Source of the DNA: an uncultured bacterium
Lineage (GTDB): Bacteria > Margulisbacteria > WOR-1 > CAVSGV01
Assembly: GCA_963699255.1 (NCBI GenBank)
Contig: OY969425.1
Coordinates: 720,001-752,000 of the forward strand
Length of the DNA: 32,000 bases
Reading direction: 5' to 3'
Made by a program: the position numbers and the translations under genes. The notes beneath the pieces are model-generated. The model worked only from the letters and a program-made list of their open reading frames with translations, did no database searches and was not told the DNA's origin. This document shows, in pieces, positions 31,801-32,000 of the stretch. Position 1 is the first letter of the stretch. Each line of letters starts with the position of its first letter.

Positions 31801-32000
31801 CCAATAGTCCCGCCTCCTGGACCGGTAACATTAGAATCAACATACAAGATGAGACCTGAAGGAGGCGCAGCAGCGCTTATGGTGAACACGCCGCTTTCCC
31901 CTGTCCCCAGGTTGTAATATGTATCCACCGCGTTCATCTTTATTTTGGCCGTGGTGGTAGGAACATCGGTGACTATCCAGGGATAGATCCCGTCATTATC
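28737..32000 (-). CDS. Giant repetitive beta-helix surface protein, N-proximal segment (5' end lies beyond the window)
   Basis: The frame stays open from ATG 31937 to position 32000 (DNDGIYPWIVTDVPTTTAKIK-MNAV...), so the gene starts outside the window. It contains modules 1-2 and the start of module 3, and stops 6 codons after ...IYNNYSTPE. Confidence 0.85.
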   Translation of the reverse strand, partial: DNDGIYPWIVTDVPTTTAKIKMNAVDTYYNLGTGESGVFTISAAAPPSGLILYVDSNVTGPGGGTIGDPFKTINSAEAAATGTEEIHVRQGVYHLNAPGTGTITLKSGVHLMGGYDLSNWDVRTTDASATIISGEGTVRCMSGSGLTSATTVEDLTIKKGYTSGYGAGLSLESSSPTILNCVFTSNQANNYGGGISNYNSSPTINYCTFISNVGAVQGGGGISDYNSFPTINNCAFTSNGASSGGGILNDSSSPAISNCVFTSNLSSFSNNGGGGIYNVSSSPTISNCTFNSNSAHNGGAILNDSSSAPTIESCIIYYQASGGNISNRTSSSSTVTYSCIQGGYTGTGNISGEPQFVGAPANVRLYNYSPCVNGGTGDASALGLGWQQGYGTNQDGIHGDTGIVDMGYHYTGYSQATASPPAQPSNFIGTVESASSILWSWSDVAGEDGYCLNDDSQNLKGLTGADVTASLESGLSANTQYTRHVHAYNNGGDSAPSNSYSKYTLSLSPEVAYQKTRLPYNTASFNFTNEAVFGAGGVQYYKYTWDQIPTESWGGGESTWSSGNITLLATGEGWYLHVKSFNHDGVASGTADYGPYDSYPYWYVDAAASGQGSGTQWDPFRTINLAEAAAASGDEIRVRRGIYYLYQNGYGPGTITLYDGIYLRGGYDNNWNQTGEASTTIISGEGNVPCMYGYDLGSNTTIECFTIQNGYNGYDYGGGLYLSSSSPTILHCVFTLNSSDYGGGGLYLSAASPTILNCVFASNSTSAIGGGIFDDSSSAPIISNCTFTSNSASSGGGIYNSFTSPIILNSIIYGNSGGNIYDDSSSPTVIYSCIEDGYPGTGNISAEPLFVNGPAADVHLLPTSECVNAGTGQASDLNLGWQQGYGTNPDGIHGDTGIVDMGYHYSGYTQNVSTIWYVDAGVAGPGTGTPSDPFKTINSAEAKASSGEAIFVRMGLYHLTSTITLDTGTYLRGGFDGNWSPTGDATTTTISGDAIVQCMYGTGLSSATTIENLTIRNGKGIGAGIYLTNISDPTILNCVFTAFNVYGYSTIYDNSSSPTIARCIFTANSGSGIYNNYSTPENLKLHF

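Larger units (their letters stand above)
17734..31857 (-). repeat. Eight tandem protein-coding modules (0.94-2.54 kb each) of the giant gene
   Basis: I set module starts at the (W/L)YVD codon: 31857, 30197, 29255, 27490, 25684, 23809, 21267 and 19482. Each is followed 16 codons later by DPF(K/R)TIN. Counting the I-x-x-C-x-F-x-x-N motif gives 5, 3, 7, 7, 8, 16, 7 and 13 coils per module (about 66 in total). Confidence 0.85.

Noticed and set aside
17734-31857. A CRISPR-like impression from regularly spaced repeats of about 66-78 nt
   Set aside because: The repeats are degenerate, contiguous and protein-coding, with no unique spacers. There is no leader sequence and no cas genes.
17393-31859. 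Many plus-strand ORFs inside the giant gene (for example 18617-19069, 25547-26050, 28341-28646, 31054-31329) with their own striking periodicity (FEVKVQFEMVGEE...IPPP)
   Set aside because: They are the antisense reading of the beta-helix coils (GGGIYN...NCTFTSN), so the periodicity is inherited from the sense strand. They have no independent start or RBS signals, and they overlap a far longer, coherent minus-strand frame.
1-32000. Mobile elements, a diversity-generating retroelement (RT plus template repeat), or toxin cassettes associated with the giant gene
   Set aside because: No transposase, integrase or reverse transcriptase ORF is present, and I see no terminal inverted repeats. All repeat copies lie inside the coding sequence.

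Overview
The window appears to come from an uncultivated bacterium; I cannot assign a taxon from sequence alone. It splits into two parts.

Left part (1-14.1 kb): compact, mostly recognisable genes.
- A minus-strand cluster: AmmeMemoRadiSam radical SAM enzyme, then a Memo-AMMECR1 fusion, then a small cysteine-free FGE-fold protein.
- A tandem pair of about 200-aa paralogs of unknown function.
- A plus-strand run: LCP family protein, a tiny membrane protein, an M50 protease with CBS domains, DJ-1/PfpI, PolX, two candidate micro-ORFs, RarA, LarB and LarC.

Right part (14.1-32 kb): a single minus-strand surface-protein operon.
- Three abutting ORFs (16933-23070, 22766-28888, 28737 to the window edge) read as one gene of more than 15 kb and more than 5,000 aa if a 1-nt frame change is allowed at each of two junctions. 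Both junctions sit on the same 13-mer, CTCCGGAGAATCT.
- The protein is built from eight modules. Each has a conserved N-cap, then 3-16 Pmp-like beta-helix coils (GGGIYN...SSPxIxNCxFxxN), then a conserved C-cap. Most modules end with an FN3-like domain and a second beta-sandwich.
- The protein ends in a He_PIG Ig domain and an unassigned tail domain.
- Two smaller secreted proteins follow directly. They share domains with the giant protein and with each other in a mosaic pattern.

Other observations:
- A dispersed GAGATGN-heptad hairpin element occurs in two copies, and other short-period intergenic repeats are present.
- Extended -10 boxes (TGnTAnAAT-like) sit 5-9 nt upstream of several start codons, which suggests leaderless transcripts.
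- I found no rRNA, tRNA, CRISPR array, transposase or integrase.
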